Shown: positions 92,114 through 104,285, counted from the first letter of the stretch. The stretch is DNA of 248,000 bases from Andalucia godoyi And28 (GCA_009859145.1 VRVR01000021.1:20001-268000); one strand, 5' to 3'. Notes: generated from the letters alone by a model not told the origin. Translations and numbers: made by a program.

Positions 92114-94027
92114 CTAGTGTTTCCAGCCCGACACGGGGCTTCCCTGAACCCCAGCATCGTCTGCAAACGACGGCGAGTAGGATCGAATAGAATCGGGAGA
92201 TCGGCGAGTCGGGAAAAGCGCAGCAGTTGCCGGTCGCTTTCGAATATTGAAGTTCACTCCTTTTCGATCAGACTCCCTCTCAGGAAGCACTGGACTCAAA
92301 GTAACTTTTCGAATACCGGACATCGAAAGCGCAGACGAAGGGCGAGCCGCTTCGGCAGGAATAACCTTGCTGGCAGCATCTCGCAGGTTGGTGTCGATCG
92401 TCAGTGCTTCCTTCTTATTCTGAAACAACAATGGAACATTCTGCACAGGCAGCAATCTTGTTTTCACCTCTTCTTCGCGTAGAGAGGTGATGACCGAGCA
92501 AACCTCTTGGTCCAGCCGCTCGTCATACACATCCATATCCTGCTCAGCCCATTCGCCGTCATCGTCGATATGAGACGAAGACATTGCCGTGGATGGTCTT
92601 GAGCGAGCCGTACCCGGTCGGCCCGAGGCGGAAGACATTGCCGTCGTTGGTCGAGAATTTCGGCGTGAAGATGCTCTCGATTGCGAGGAAGACGGCCGAG
92701 ACGCGCTTCCAGATTTCTGCTTCAAAACCCCAAACTCATTTTGCATGAATCCGTATGTCAAAATGCTATATGGCTTCCCATCTCCCTTGTCCTCCGGCAA
92801 GGAAAAATGCGCACTCCGGTGCGTAGACGCAGCAGAATCTGATCGTAATCTCAAATCAGAATCGTCGTGGCACGCACGCAAGGACTGTTGTCGCATCGAT
92901 TCATCAAGAGAAACGGCCGAAAGGTTCAGCGGTGGCGACAGTGGTCTTAAGATGGAACGAGAAGGCGGTGCTTGAGAATGCAAATGGGAATCTGTAAGCA
93001 TCAACAACAAAGGTCCAATGTTGTTTGCAGTGGACTGTGGGAGGCTGCTTCGACGGTGCTGTCGAACTAATTCCAAAACTCGAGCGTCCTTTGCTTTCCG
93101 AATTGCACGCTGCCGATCCTTCTCGACCTCGTACTCGTCTCTCCATCGCTCATACTGACTTGAAACGCTGATGGGGTCCTCCGAAGGAGAAGCCACTCTC
93201 TTAATAGGACTGCTTTCTGGGGAGCGCTTCCTCCTGTCTCCGGTTGAAGGACGCGCTTCGGGTGCAGCGGCTGCAATCACTTCAGGTGAACGCTGGAACC
93301 GAGCTTGTAACTGTTTTGATTTTGCCGACACCAGTGCAACCGGATCCACCTTTCCGCGAGAACGAGGTCCATCAAACGAAATAAACTGTGACGATTTGAA
93401 CTTGCGCTTGTCTACGAAATCCACGAGTTTTTTCGAATAAGATGCTGTTGGTGCCTCGCTTTCTGCTTTCAGGAGCCGCAAATCCGCAATGGACGTTTCC
93501 GACACAGACAACAGGGCTGGAATCTCTCCAATGGAATGCTTCTTAGGAGGAGAAGCCTCTGACCGTGCTGGAGAAACCGGTCGACTCATCATGGCGGAAT
93601 CGATGGACCTGCGCACCGCAAGCGCGCTTTGAGATCTATACTTTCTCTGTTTTGCTCCAGAATCCAGCAATTCTTTGGTGCGCTGCGAGTTGTCTGCAAC
93701 CGTTTCGCGCCACTGCGAAAAGGCATTCAGTAAATCGGAAGGCACAAAAACTGGAACATGTGGTGCTTCTCTCCTGCTTGCCAGCCGTTTCTGTAAATTC
93801 AGGGGCGGACCGTTCGCAGTCTTCGACTTCAATGCTGACGACGGACGAACAAGACTATCTGGTCGGGACCTTGATTTCATCACAATAGAAGGTGGACTAC
93901 GCAAACTCAGCGTTCGCGACAAGGACTGCTGCGGAATTTTCTTTTGGAGATCTTGCTTTCGAAACGTACCGCAGCCAGCAGATCTCCCAATGACATCTTC
94001 AATCCCAGGAGCACACCTCCGCTGCAT
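92114..94027 (-). CDS. Hypothetical Ser/Arg-rich protein
   Basis: 637 aa ORF with RPST/RPGTA repeats. Confidence 0.55.
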   Translation of the reverse strand: MQRRCAPGIEDVIGRSAGCGTFRKQDLQKKIPQQSLSRTLSLRSPPSIVMKSRSRPDSLVRPSSALKSKTANGPPLNLQKRLASRREAPHVPVFVPSDLLNAFSQWRETVADNSQRTKELLDSGAKQRKYRSQSALAVRRSIDSAMMSRPVSPARSEASPPKKHSIGEIPALLSVSETSIADLRLLKAESEAPTASYSKKLVDFVDKRKFKSSQFISFDGPRSRGKVDPVALVSAKSKQLQARFQRSPEVIAAAAPEARPSTGDRRKRSPESSPIKRVASPSEDPISVSSQYERWRDEYEVEKDRQRAIRKAKDARVLELVRQHRRSSLPQSTANNIGPLLLMLTDSHLHSQAPPSRSILRPLSPPLNLSAVSLDESMRQQSLRACHDDSDLRLRSDSAASTHRSAHFSLPEDKGDGKPYSILTYGFMQNEFGVLKQKSGSASRPSSSQSRASSRRNSRPTTAMSSASGRPGTARSRPSTAMSSSHIDDDGEWAEQDMDVYDERLDQEVCSVITSLREEEVKTRLLPVQNVPLLFQNKKEALTIDTNLRDAASKVIPAEAARPSSALSMSGIRKVTLSPVLPERESDRKGVNFNIRKRPATAALFPTRRSPDSIRSYSPSFADDAGVQGSPVSGWKH

Positions 94028-94297
94028 ACTGCCAACCTACACAGACACTATGCTAAACCAATCCAACCGCGCAACTGAGAGAAACTATGTATCGCAGAAT
94101 CGTACCCAAGGTTTGAATCAACAAGTGTTTTTTTTTGTTTTTGTTTTTGTTTTTCAATATTTAAAACACACAAATTTTCACTCTGTTCGTTCAAACCCTA
94201 TCTCGAGTGCATTCTTGACATCTCAAACGGAAGCGGGGGGCGGTTGTCTTTGATATTGCTCGCATCTTTGAATATCAGAGGTCATCATCGTCGTTCC

Positions 94298-94653
94298 AGG
94301 TGCTACCCTCTCCAAACATTTGGCTCGGATGCTGCGCCTCAGACAGATTATTTTGGCGTAGAGGGACTTTATAAATCCGCATCAGCGCCCATCCCATGAG
94401 TTCCCCTTTTGAGTGGGCCATTCGTGGGTCTGCGCACCCTAAAAAACAGAAACAACCTGTGTTTTTGTTCAGAGCTCTCGAATGGATCAATGAGTGCATT
94501 TGTTAGAACCGTTTGGACTTTGGGAACCAGGAAACTAGGGATTTCAACGAGCTTCATTTTTGCCATTCCGCATTTTTATCCACTTGTTCTTTCTCTGTTG
94601 TCAATCGAGCAGATATTGTATTGATTGTTGATTGGCAATGGTGTGCACCACAC

Positions 94654-94688
<35 letters not shown>

Positions 94689-94770
94689 CCGCGGTGGAGG
94701 AATCATCGATTACAAAGGATGCGGCTCTCAATATTCGACAGTGTCTCATTGGGCCTCGACCTGCACACCT
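94298..94770 (-). mobile_element. MITE-like element family B copy 4 (left end lost)
   Basis: Shared interior with the 83.1 and 25.1 kb copies. Confidence 0.7.
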
Positions 94771-95306
94771 ACGCCGCCGCGACAACGACGACGACGACGA
94801 CAACAACAACAACAACCGGTAGCAGCAATCTGCAGGGGAACAGGGTCGGCCTTCGTTCAACAGCAATGTCAACGGCTGTAGGGGTATATCATGGTCCATT
94901 CGTGATTCCCCAAAAAACGATCTCAAAATCTACAGCGGTTTCAATCCTGCCCAGTCTGCCCCACTGCTCCCCACCGCACTTCCCACGCCCCCGTCTTCCC
95001 CACGTTCCAACCGAAGTCCATAAACCGTTCAAACGCTTCCTTCTCGTCTTTCAGTCTTTTGTTTTCTAAACGCTCTTTTTCAATCCTGCTTAGTTTCTTT
95101 CTTCTCTTTTCCTTCTGCATTTTTCTTTTTCTTTTTTTTATTTTCTTTTTCCTTTTTTTATATTAAGCTTTTTTCAGTTTTTTTGTTTGCTTTTGGTTTC
95201 GCTCATACTTGTTCTTTTTTTTTCCTTTTCTTCTCTTGTCCTCCTTTCATTCCCCCTCACCAGTGTTTACTGCCTTCTTCTTACGCGTCTGCACATCACT
95301 CACTCC

Positions 95307-97610
95307 ATGGCATCGACTAGAGACTTCTCTGCGTCACTTCCGAAGCTTCCCGGGCTGTCATTTTCGGACAAGATTCCGAGAAACAACACTCGACCGAAGG
95401 CGCAAGGACTGAAGTTCTGCAACGGAATGCCTGTCGTTGTTTCTTTCGGAAACGAGGAAGACGACGAGTCACCGAATCATAATGCGACGTCAAACTCTCG
95501 TTCAGGCGAACTTGGAGAGTCGGCGCTTCTGAAATCGCCCTCGCACGCAGCCGGAGCGTCGGGATTCGCAAAGACCTCAAAGCCCCTTCCGCCAGCTCCG
95601 TTTGTGGACGTGTCGCACGACAAGCAGGCTCTGCGGTTTTACTGTTACCTCGAGGAAAATGTCATTGAGTCCAATATGGAGAACCGTCGGATGAGAAAGC
95701 TAGTCTTGATTTTCAGTTTGTTCGACCAGACGGTGCTTCTTTGTGAGACGAAGACCGATAACTCCGGACTCCCCCAAGGCACGTTCCTCAAGCGCACCAA
95801 GGTTCCTGGGCTTTCGATTGACCAGTTTGTGATTGGACAGACTGTGCATGTTTTCGGACACAAGCTTCACATATACGACTGTGATGCTTTCACACGCCGG
95901 TACCTGGTGGATGTGCTGGGGTTCGAAGATGCCGAGGCACAATCGCCCCCACAGGGAGAATACGAAACAAAACGATCGCGAGCTATTCCTGGCGGGGTTC
96001 CTCGTAGTGCTGAACTCGTAGAGGAGGACCGTGAAATGAAGCGCTATTTGGAGTTTTCCAGCACGGGTCGCGCATCTGTCCCGTCTACAAAGGAAAAGAA
96101 CGAGATGCAAGAGTTCCTTTCCAGGGACCGAGATGTTCTTCGTTTCTATGCAGTATGGGATGACCGCAACAGCCTGTTCGGAGACTACCACTACTACACC
96201 ATCTACTACTTCCGCTCCAACAAAACCGTTGCAATGACCGAGAAGTTGCCTCCCAACTCCGGTTGCGACGAGATTCCAAAGACTCACATGCCGATGAAAG
96301 TGCCTCGCAATTTCAACGGGCTTGGATCACTTTCGGATGCGAATGGAGACTTCATTTCGGAGGCCGACCTCTGCCCCATTGGAAAGCGGGTTACGATATT
96401 TGGAAAGGACCTGCTTATCTATGACACTGATCAACGCACCCGTAAGTTTATGACGGAGGAACTGGGACTCTCTGGAAAAGATGTTGACCCCATCAAGGTC
96501 GGCATCGAAAAGAAGCCCACTCCAAAGGCAGAGCCTCCTCCATACAACGGATTCGGGCTCGAAGAGGACTCTCTGAACAACTGGAAATACTTGATTCTCC
96601 GACCTCCTAAGAGAGACTTCGACAAGATGATGAAGAAGGATAAACTGCGCTTCGAAGCAAAGTTGGTCAACGGCTCCCCTGCAGAAGCCGATCGGCGATT
96701 CATTGTCACGTATCACGTTTGTGATGACACCATCAGCATCTCGGCAAAGGATTCAAGGAACTCCGGAGATGTCGGTGGACGCATTTTGAAGAACCATCAT
96801 GAAGCAGGGGTGGATGCATCAAAGCTGTTTGTGGGTGCAGAAGTAACAATCAACTGCAGGCAGTACAAACTGCTGACCACAGAGGAAGCAACTCTGAAGT
96901 ACATGGAGGCCAGGCCCAAGGAGTTCTCTATTTCAGATGCAAACAGAATCTTGAAGCGCCTTCGGGAGCTGATCTTGGCGAAACATGTCAAAATTCGTGA
97001 CGCATTCCGTTCCATCGACACCGACCATTCCGGCAGCATCACGTTCGAAGAGTTCAAAACCCTGTGTGATCAGCTTAATATGGATCTTGTCGATCAGGAA
97101 ATCATCACGCTCATGCGATTCTTTGACAAGGATAATGACGGTCTCATTGGCTACGCTGACTTCTGCGACGTGGTTCTGCCGCCGAACTACGAGGATCCTA
97201 CCAAGAGCCAGTTTGACGGTTCCAACAACCGAAGAGTCGAAATTCTTGACGCCGCCGGAATGGAAGCAATGAACGCAGCACAAATCAAAGAGCACGAGCA
97301 CAAAACCCAGGCTGCTCAGCGTGCTGCATTCAAGAAGTTCCGGGATCGCTTCGATCAGCAACGTCTCGTCCACACTGCCGCCCTCAGAGTGGCTACAGAC
97401 GGATCATCGGATTCGCGAATTGGCCGAGAGGAACTGCTCAAAGTCATCCGAAACGGCATGAAACTGGACTCTGTCATGTTCAGCGATACCGAGTACCAGG
97501 CCGTTGCAGGCGCCTTCTTCGCCCCCGGTCGGCAGCGAATTGACCTTTCGGATTTCCTCAAGATCGTGGACGGCACCGACACGTGGCATCTGGAGAAGAA
97601 GAAGCAATAA
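95307..97610 (+). CDS. EFHC1: EFHC1/Rib72 axonemal protein (3 DM10 + EF-hands)
   Basis: ALRFYCY, VLRFYAVWDDR, LRFEAKL DM10 motifs; DTDHSGSITFEE EF-hand. Confidence 0.88.
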   Translation: MASTRDFSASLPKLPGLSFSDKIPRNNTRPKAQGLKFCNGMPVVVSFGNEEDDESPNHNATSNSRSGELGESALLKSPSHAAGASGFAKTSKPLPPAPFVDVSHDKQALRFYCYLEENVIESNMENRRMRKLVLIFSLFDQTVLLCETKTDNSGLPQGTFLKRTKVPGLSIDQFVIGQTVHVFGHKLHIYDCDAFTRRYLVDVLGFEDAEAQSPPQGEYETKRSRAIPGGVPRSAELVEEDREMKRYLEFSSTGRASVPSTKEKNEMQEFLSRDRDVLRFYAVWDDRNSLFGDYHYYTIYYFRSNKTVAMTEKLPPNSGCDEIPKTHMPMKVPRNFNGLGSLSDANGDFISEADLCPIGKRVTIFGKDLLIYDTDQRTRKFMTEELGLSGKDVDPIKVGIEKKPTPKAEPPPYNGFGLEEDSLNNWKYLILRPPKRDFDKMMKKDKLRFEAKLVNGSPAEADRRFIVTYHVCDDTISISAKDSRNSGDVGGRILKNHHEAGVDASKLFVGAEVTINCRQYKLLTTEEATLKYMEARPKEFSISDANRILKRLRELILAKHVKIRDAFRSIDTDHSGSITFEEFKTLCDQLNMDLVDQEIITLMRFFDKDNDGLIGYADFCDVVLPPNYEDPTKSQFDGSNNRRVEILDAAGMEAMNAAQIKEHEHKTQAAQRAAFKKFRDRFDQQRLVHTAALRVATDGSSDSRIGREELLKVIRNGMKLDSVMFSDTEYQAVAGAFFAPGRQRIDLSDFLKIVDGTDTWHLEKKKQ

Positions 97611-97701
97611 ATCTTTGTAATTGTGGGGAATTTATTTTATTATTATTTTTTAATAACATATACCACGAATGTCTCATCTTTCTTTTTTTTCTATTGCATG
97701 C

Positions 97702-100700
97702 TCAGACCTCGTCAACCTCCGGAATGAATGCGTCGAACGACGTAACGCTCATGGTTGAATTTGTCGAGTCTTTCCTAGCACAAGATCGCTGATCATCGGC
97801 AGTCGTTTCTGGGGAAAGCGTAGCCACAGGCCTTTGCTCTCCCCATTTACAATGCTCAGAATCACCATCATCATCATCACCACCTGAATCGCTGAAGGAT
97901 ACATCGCTTCTTGGCGAGAGAACGGGACTCGTCTGTGCCTGATCACCAACAACCGGGTCATGCACAGTGTTGTCATCCCCGCATGCCGGGTTCCTGGTAT
98001 TTTTCGAACACTCGTCTGCAGCGGGCTTATCGATGGCACAAGCAGACCCTTCAGTGCTAGAGATTTCCGATTCGTTCGCAGGTGCAGAAGATGCCGGTTC
98101 TGTTTGGGATGCATCCTGTGCAACTTTCGGAGCATCTCCAAGAGTCTGCAGAGGCACGTCGGACGGCGAGTCATCTCTCGTTGTCGTTGATGGGCCAGCG
98201 GACAAGTCGGCGGCCACCCTCTCGCTTGTTGGACTGACTTTGTCATTTGCAGGAGAAACGCTCCCTGCGTCTTCAGCATTGCTGTCCTGTCGAGCAACGC
98301 CTGTTTGACGCCCATTTCGTCCTTCTCGAATTCTCCGTAACCGCTTGACCGTCTCGAGAATTCGGACATGATTGTCCTGAGCTACTGCCAAATCCTCTGC
98401 ACACTGACCTGTCGAGGCTTGCTTCTTTGACGACATACCGGGGGTCCGTATGTCGTTCTTCTTCCAGACTTTGAGATTTCCACTGCGGGTTCTGCGAAAT
98501 CCAACCTCGAGACGAATGACGGTTGGCTGGGTCGAAGACTTCCCCGGCAACGATCGCAGCGGTTCGCTTAGTTCTCGATCCACTTTCGAAATCGATGAAA
98601 CCCCTTGCTGACGTCTCTCATCTTCTTGCTTTCCACGAGTGAATTGGCCAAGGAAATCTTTTCTGGAAGGCTTCGTTGCATCCGTGTATTGAGGACCCAT
98701 GAAACGACCGACTGCAGGGGTCGTCAACGCCTGATCCAACCTATCCGGCTTTGGAGATTTGTTCTGACTTCGCATCGAGCCTTTACGCAAGGATCGGTCC
98801 ATTGAATTTGTCGACGAAAACGACGCAGGAGACAGTCCAAGTGCGTGCAAGGTATATGGCGAATACAGCCCTGCAAAAGGGTCAGTACCGCTCTGGGGAC
98901 TTGTATCATACAATCCTTCCGAGTGCAGATCCAAAACAAATGCATCCTGGATACGTATCAGACAATCTTGACACACCATCAAGAAGTCTGGGTCCAGGAT
99001 GTCCACGGGAAGATCCATCTCGTGCTCGTGGAAAAATTCCTCAACGTCATTTTGCTCTCCAGGGAGTTTGGAAGCACTGCCAGCGCCAATGTCCTCAGAG
99101 TTGAAGCGTGAATGTGAAGGAGTGGCATGCGTTGACGATGATTGTTTCGGATCGTCATCCTCTAACAACAGCTTCGCAATATCTGGAGGATACACACCTA
99201 AGAACTTCGCACTTTCTGTAGACTGTGGAACCGATTTTCCAGGTAAACTATCATCAACACCTTCTTCGGCTGCAAATCGTACACGGGGAGGAGAGACCGC
99301 CGCATCGTCCCTTTGAGGATTGGACTTTGAGGAGAAATCTGGAAATGGCTTAGCATTGCAGAACACTCCGGAGGACTGAGAACTGCGAATGCCTGCGGAC
99401 CCTTCTTGGATGATCCACTTGTACCGTTGCGAAGTAGCCATCTTTGCAAACGACGACGGATCGTCACCATCCGCATGCAAGACATCTCCATTACTGAAAT
99501 AGTTCAGTTCCGCTTGACGGAGTTCCGCTTGACGAGCTTTTCTGAGATGAGTTCTGTAGTACAGAAACTTCGCCAGTGGAGAAGTGTCTTCCGAAAAGCA
99601 GAACAGAAACGGATTGTGTGTGCATGGAAGAAGAAGGGAAACCATCTTGTCACAGCAAGAACAAGAGTGCAATTCCAGTCCATCGTCGGAAAACGGACTC
99701 CGCCCATGCGTAGGGCCTCGCAGCGGATGCTGAAGAGATGGTATCACCATTGTCTTTGCCGATTGCTGCAGAAACGTCGCAGGATCCAGTGCACTCAGTC
99801 CAGTGGATGACCTTCCAGCATTGACTGAGGATCGAAGCACCACTGTTTCAAAGGGAGACAAATCAATGCGCTCACGGAAATCCGTCGATTTCCCGTTGAT
99901 GGTTCGAATGCCATCAAACCACAGCAGAACGGGTTTCTCGGAAGCATCAATCGTCATGAAGCAGACCATTCGAGAAATCAGTATGGTCGGCGACGATGCA
100001 GATCTCGTGGATGCAATATTCACAACTCTCTGAAAATGCGCAACTACCTGTTTGCAGAGCGAGTCGCAGTTTCGTGCAATCTTCGACGTCGCGTAATCGC
100101 TTGAACCAACAGGTAGATCGGCACGAGAGGAGATATTAAGAGTGTCCACCCGCTCCACCAGTGTCATTTCGCGAAACCATCTGACTTTCAGCAGATACAT
100201 ATCTTCTGAATCCATCCTTGGCAATGTTGGAGAGGCTTCGATGTGAGAAAGAAGAAGACCTCGAAATCCCTTTCGTGGAAAAGACAGGAAGTTCTGCAAC
100301 TGCGTTGCGTCCAGATATTGAACGGAAGACTCGTGTTTTCCGTCTGCATACTGCATTGTGCTGACGTACATTGCAACGCACGATCCGCGTTTGGTTTTCG
100401 CTTTTTGAAGACTCTCCGATTGGCTGGACTGAGAGGCTGCTGTCCACGCCTGGCTCTTCGCATCCGGCTTGCGCTTCATCTTGTCCTTTTCAGAAGACTC
100501 AGAGAGCGCAAGACCTGGTGAGGACGAAAACCTTGAAAACACGGATTCCGACGACAGCCATTCTTGCGGACGACGGGCGAGGCGGACGCACCGAGAATTC
100601 AATTCCAGGCTGTAATACGCCTGCGGGCTGCCATTGTCAATAAATACAGTGTCCGGGATCTGCAAGGAAGCCAAAAGATTTCTGGTTGTTTCACGAGACA

Positions 100701-101355
100701 AGAGGTGGTACGCGACTGGTCTGAAATCGGGCAAATTCCGATACTCCATGGACTTTGGCTTTGGAGGATCCATGTAGAACGTCAGCGCACTTCGTTTGGC
100801 CCGCACATTCATCGCCGAATGTGCATCGTGCACCAACACAACATGGTCAAAATACGCAGTGGAAATTCCTTTGTCCGTGGCTTGCAAGCGAGACGCGCTA
100901 GCCTTTGAGACTGAAGGCGGCGGGGTGGAAGAGGACACAAGAGGCAGAGAGGAAGCAGGCTGTGGTGCCGAAGACCTTGATGATGTACCCGCAGAACGGT
101001 GAGAGAGAGAAGAGGAAGAGGGAGTCGATGTTGATTGAGGGGTTGTAGAATGTGGTCTTCTCGAGGGAGAACCCGCTCGGATGCTCGGCGTCTTGTGGGG
101101 AGATTGCGGTGACGTGACCGGAGCCTGGAAAACATGAGCTCGGCCAGCATCAGCATTAGAGTCCGTGGTGGAATCGAGGTCGTACTCGTCACTGGTGTCA
101201 CATGAATGGCTGGTATTTCCGATGTGGCTTGCATAACGAAAACCGGAACCGCGCGGAGCAGAGGATATCGTCGTCAAACGTGATAACAACTGAGAGGCAG
101301 CCGTTCGCGACTCTGAAGCATTGCGGAGTTCAGCATCTGAAAAACTGGCACTCAT
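97702..101355 (-). CDS. Large hypothetical protein
   Basis: 1217 aa ORF. Confidence 0.6.
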   Translation of the reverse strand: MSASFSDAELRNASESRTAASQLLSRLTTISSAPRGSGFRYASHIGNTSHSCDTSDEYDLDSTTDSNADAGRAHVFQAPVTSPQSPHKTPSIRAGSPSRRPHSTTPQSTSTPSSSSLSHRSAGTSSRSSAPQPASSLPLVSSSTPPPSVSKASASRLQATDKGISTAYFDHVVLVHDAHSAMNVRAKRSALTFYMDPPKPKSMEYRNLPDFRPVAYHLLSRETTRNLLASLQIPDTVFIDNGSPQAYYSLELNSRCVRLARRPQEWLSSESVFSRFSSSPGLALSESSEKDKMKRKPDAKSQAWTAASQSSQSESLQKAKTKRGSCVAMYVSTMQYADGKHESSVQYLDATQLQNFLSFPRKGFRGLLLSHIEASPTLPRMDSEDMYLLKVRWFREMTLVERVDTLNISSRADLPVGSSDYATSKIARNCDSLCKQVVAHFQRVVNIASTRSASSPTILISRMVCFMTIDASEKPVLLWFDGIRTINGKSTDFRERIDLSPFETVVLRSSVNAGRSSTGLSALDPATFLQQSAKTMVIPSLQHPLRGPTHGRSPFSDDGLELHSCSCCDKMVSLLLPCTHNPFLFCFSEDTSPLAKFLYYRTHLRKARQAELRQAELNYFSNGDVLHADGDDPSSFAKMATSQRYKWIIQEGSAGIRSSQSSGVFCNAKPFPDFSSKSNPQRDDAAVSPPRVRFAAEEGVDDSLPGKSVPQSTESAKFLGVYPPDIAKLLLEDDDPKQSSSTHATPSHSRFNSEDIGAGSASKLPGEQNDVEEFFHEHEMDLPVDILDPDFLMVCQDCLIRIQDAFVLDLHSEGLYDTSPQSGTDPFAGLYSPYTLHALGLSPASFSSTNSMDRSLRKGSMRSQNKSPKPDRLDQALTTPAVGRFMGPQYTDATKPSRKDFLGQFTRGKQEDERRQQGVSSISKVDRELSEPLRSLPGKSSTQPTVIRLEVGFRRTRSGNLKVWKKNDIRTPGMSSKKQASTGQCAEDLAVAQDNHVRILETVKRLRRIREGRNGRQTGVARQDSNAEDAGSVSPANDKVSPTSERVAADLSAGPSTTTRDDSPSDVPLQTLGDAPKVAQDASQTEPASSAPANESEISSTEGSACAIDKPAADECSKNTRNPACGDDNTVHDPVVGDQAQTSPVLSPRSDVSFSDSGGDDDDGDSEHCKWGEQRPVATLSPETTADDQRSCARKDSTNSTMSVTSFDAFIPEVDEV

Positions 101356-101990
101356 TCAATATTCATACATAGAAATTCGCAAAGTAGATGGCGAATTTGT
101401 ATATGGGACTCTAATCTCTAAAAAAGCGTAACTGCTATTCCTTTTTCTTTTTCCCCCTTCTTTTTTCCTTTTTTTTTCAGCAGAAAACCCCACTGAAGAA
101501 AAAAAAAAGAGGTTTGTGAAAACCGGGCAGATGACGGTTTTTTTTCCCCCTCTTGCCAACTGGGTTTCTGCTCTTCTCTCCCCAGTCATCTTCCATCACC
101601 AAGGTCGCAGACATGCAAGCAGATATCCTTATGTCCAAACTTGGGGATGATTTGGATGCGTCCTCTCAGGAAATGAAAAGGGAAAAAAACACGGACAGAT
101701 ACTGCTGTCGTTGCAAGGACAGCTGCGACGCCCCATTCCACGAACCACAATCATTCAAAATCAAAGAAAGGCGAAAAAGCAGATACCGTCCCGCTTGTCA
101801 AGCTACAGATTTGCACGCTGCTGAGGTGATGCAGGCTGCAGTATCCAGTAGGCCTGCTGGCTGTAGTGGATTGCTGCTGAGTGTGCTGACCTGAGTTCTT
101901 TTTCAGCCAAGTTGGACAGTGGTTTCCTTTCAGTTTTTCTTTTACTTTCTTCTCGATAGTAACACATGCTTCTCAGCGCTTCTATGAAAA

Positions 101991-104285
101991 ATGAATGAGT
102001 TGCGCATCTGTGAGACAGTCACACATCTGACGCTGTCAAAACTTCGGGATAAGATCTCGTTGATCCTTGGCTCGTCTTCAGCGAACCCGTCGTCACCCAA
102101 AGGAAATCCTTCATCCAGCTGTCCCAATGCGGTTCTGCGCATCATGGACGTTCCCAAAGTAGACGAGGCGCTGTTGGTACCGTCATCGCTGCTTCTTGAC
102201 AGGAATTTATTTCAAGAGTTTCTGGGGATGGAAGTTGCGCCGAAATTCAATATCCAGCACATGACGATGGAACGCGTTGACAGTGCCGTGGCAGCAATGG
102301 TAGTGGACATTGTTGACCATTTTTCTTCCCTGAAGAAGGTCACGATTGCTTCCACGCGTCTTCCGGAGCCAAGCAGATCCAAACTGGTTTCTAAAGAATT
102401 AATGGCAGATGTTCTGGACACCGTACCACAATTGCTTCTTGCGCATAACGCTGACTCAATCGGAGGATCCTTGAAATTCAAACAGATTGAGAAGCTTCTT
102501 GAAGAACAGGTGTCCGCAGAGGCTCTTTCAGATCGTCTTTTGGTGCTTGTGTACAGCGGAGACATTACCAGAACGGTGGAGAACACGTATTTTGTTCCCC
102601 AGAAAACACGAAAGCGGATGATGCAAGACCAAGGGAAAGTCGACTCGTCGGGTGCAAATGCAACGAACAGCTTGTCTGGCAATACAGGATTCGAAAAAGT
102701 GGTTGAACTGAGAAGCGATGATAACCCTACGGGACTGAAGGAAGTGATGACGCCTTCTGCTGGATCCAGAGAATCCAGCACTGCGGAAGGGAAATCGTCG
102801 GGGAGAAAGCGGTCCGCGACTGCCCCAAGTTCAATCCACGGGTCCTTAGGAGCGGTAACTGAGGCTCCATCAGCTGAAGGATCGTCCGCTGGAGGGCATC
102901 GTACTTCTGTGCTGTCAGAAGCGAATATCGTCCCCTTGAACGGCAATCTTGCGTTTCTTGCCTCACAGAACTCTGCAAGAGATCCGTATTTGTCGTCCGA
103001 ACTCGTGCGGAAGAAGCGCAGAAGGGCTCGGCGCGTTGCATTTTACTGCCAAGTATATAATGATATGTTTAATTCATTGTCTGCACACTCCCCTGATACA
103101 GCGGTGTCGCCAAAGCAGATGTGGTCGTTTCTTAGTTCGAAGTACCCGTCTTGGTTTCACGGTTGCTGCATTGAGGATGTGGTCCGAAGGTCGCTGCAAT
103201 GCAATGGCACGCATGCTTTTGAGATTTCCGGTGTGTCCCTGTTTTTCTACCATAACGGCTGCGCCTGCTCTTTTCCTGAACGTGGTATTAGCCACGCTCT
103301 TATTGCAAATGTTTCGGTGCTTCCTCAATCGTCATCAAAGTCTCCTGAACAACGGCGTTTTCGTAGGACCGCAGGCAATGCTGCCGACCATTCTTCAAGT
103401 GCGAACATCAAGGACAAGGACAAGGACAAGGACAAGGACAAGGACAAGGACAAGGACAAGGCACCGACTAGGAAACCAGCGAAGAGACCTCGGAAGAATT
103501 CTGACGTTGCAGAGAGCACTGCTCCAAAACCTGCAAAGATTGTGAAAACAGAGCATTCGTCCTCCATTTTATCCATTTCAATGGCGGAAGCGGTAGACGC
103601 TCCATTAGTCATTGATTCGAAGGAACGGTCCTCGGTTTCTCCCGGACTTTCGGAAGGTTCTTCTGGTCAACGAAGCGCCTCCTGCACTCCTGCCGACAAC
103701 CCAATTCTCAGCAGCGGCCTCCCCAACAGTGACCTCCCAGAATTAACAGAATCCGAATTCCGCTCTGCATTGCTCACATTGAAGGCACTGTCTCCAAGAT
103801 CAGCGGTTTCGAAGCGCGATCTGCAGCGCAAGATTCAGCAGATGTATCCGCAAAAACTCTTCTCGGATGATGTGTTCCTCGGTATTCGACGGAACAACAA
103901 TTCTCATATTCAGAAGGTTGGAAACTGCAGGTATGCGCAGTATTTTGTCAGACCGTCTGGAAGCACCTACATCCTCGAGACAACTGACCGTTCAAACTCT
104001 TCAATGTCTTCGATGGACGGGTCGCTAAATTCCGATTTCGCAGAAGACGCTTTAATCCATCTTGCGTTGATTCCGGATGCAGACAGCAATCACATTCAGG
104101 TGTCACTGTTGTCGAGAAGCGATCATTCTCTGCCACATCAGTCAGACAACGAGGAGGAAGAAGACGATTGTCGAGAACGCGACGGTGTCGAGCAGCGACA
104201 ACAAGGAGACCAGAATGTGCAAGATCCTGCTTCCGTTTGCTCCTTGGAACAAGATTCGTCGGTGGAACGAATGGACTGTTCTTAG
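101991..104285 (+). CDS. Hypothetical protein with KD repeat
   Basis: 764 aa ORF. Confidence 0.55.
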   Translation: MNELRICETVTHLTLSKLRDKISLILGSSSANPSSPKGNPSSSCPNAVLRIMDVPKVDEALLVPSSLLLDRNLFQEFLGMEVAPKFNIQHMTMERVDSAVAAMVVDIVDHFSSLKKVTIASTRLPEPSRSKLVSKELMADVLDTVPQLLLAHNADSIGGSLKFKQIEKLLEEQVSAEALSDRLLVLVYSGDITRTVENTYFVPQKTRKRMMQDQGKVDSSGANATNSLSGNTGFEKVVELRSDDNPTGLKEVMTPSAGSRESSTAEGKSSGRKRSATAPSSIHGSLGAVTEAPSAEGSSAGGHRTSVLSEANIVPLNGNLAFLASQNSARDPYLSSELVRKKRRRARRVAFYCQVYNDMFNSLSAHSPDTAVSPKQMWSFLSSKYPSWFHGCCIEDVVRRSLQCNGTHAFEISGVSLFFYHNGCACSFPERGISHALIANVSVLPQSSSKSPEQRRFRRTAGNAADHSSSANIKDKDKDKDKDKDKDKDKAPTRKPAKRPRKNSDVAESTAPKPAKIVKTEHSSSILSISMAEAVDAPLVIDSKERSSVSPGLSEGSSGQRSASCTPADNPILSSGLPNSDLPELTESEFRSALLTLKALSPRSAVSKRDLQRKIQQMYPQKLFSDDVFLGIRRNNNSHIQKVGNCRYAQYFVRPSGSTYILETTDRSNSSMSSMDGSLNSDFAEDALIHLALIPDADSNHIQVSLLSRSDHSLPHQSDNEEEEDDCRERDGVEQRQQGDQNVQDPASVCSLEQDSSVERMDCS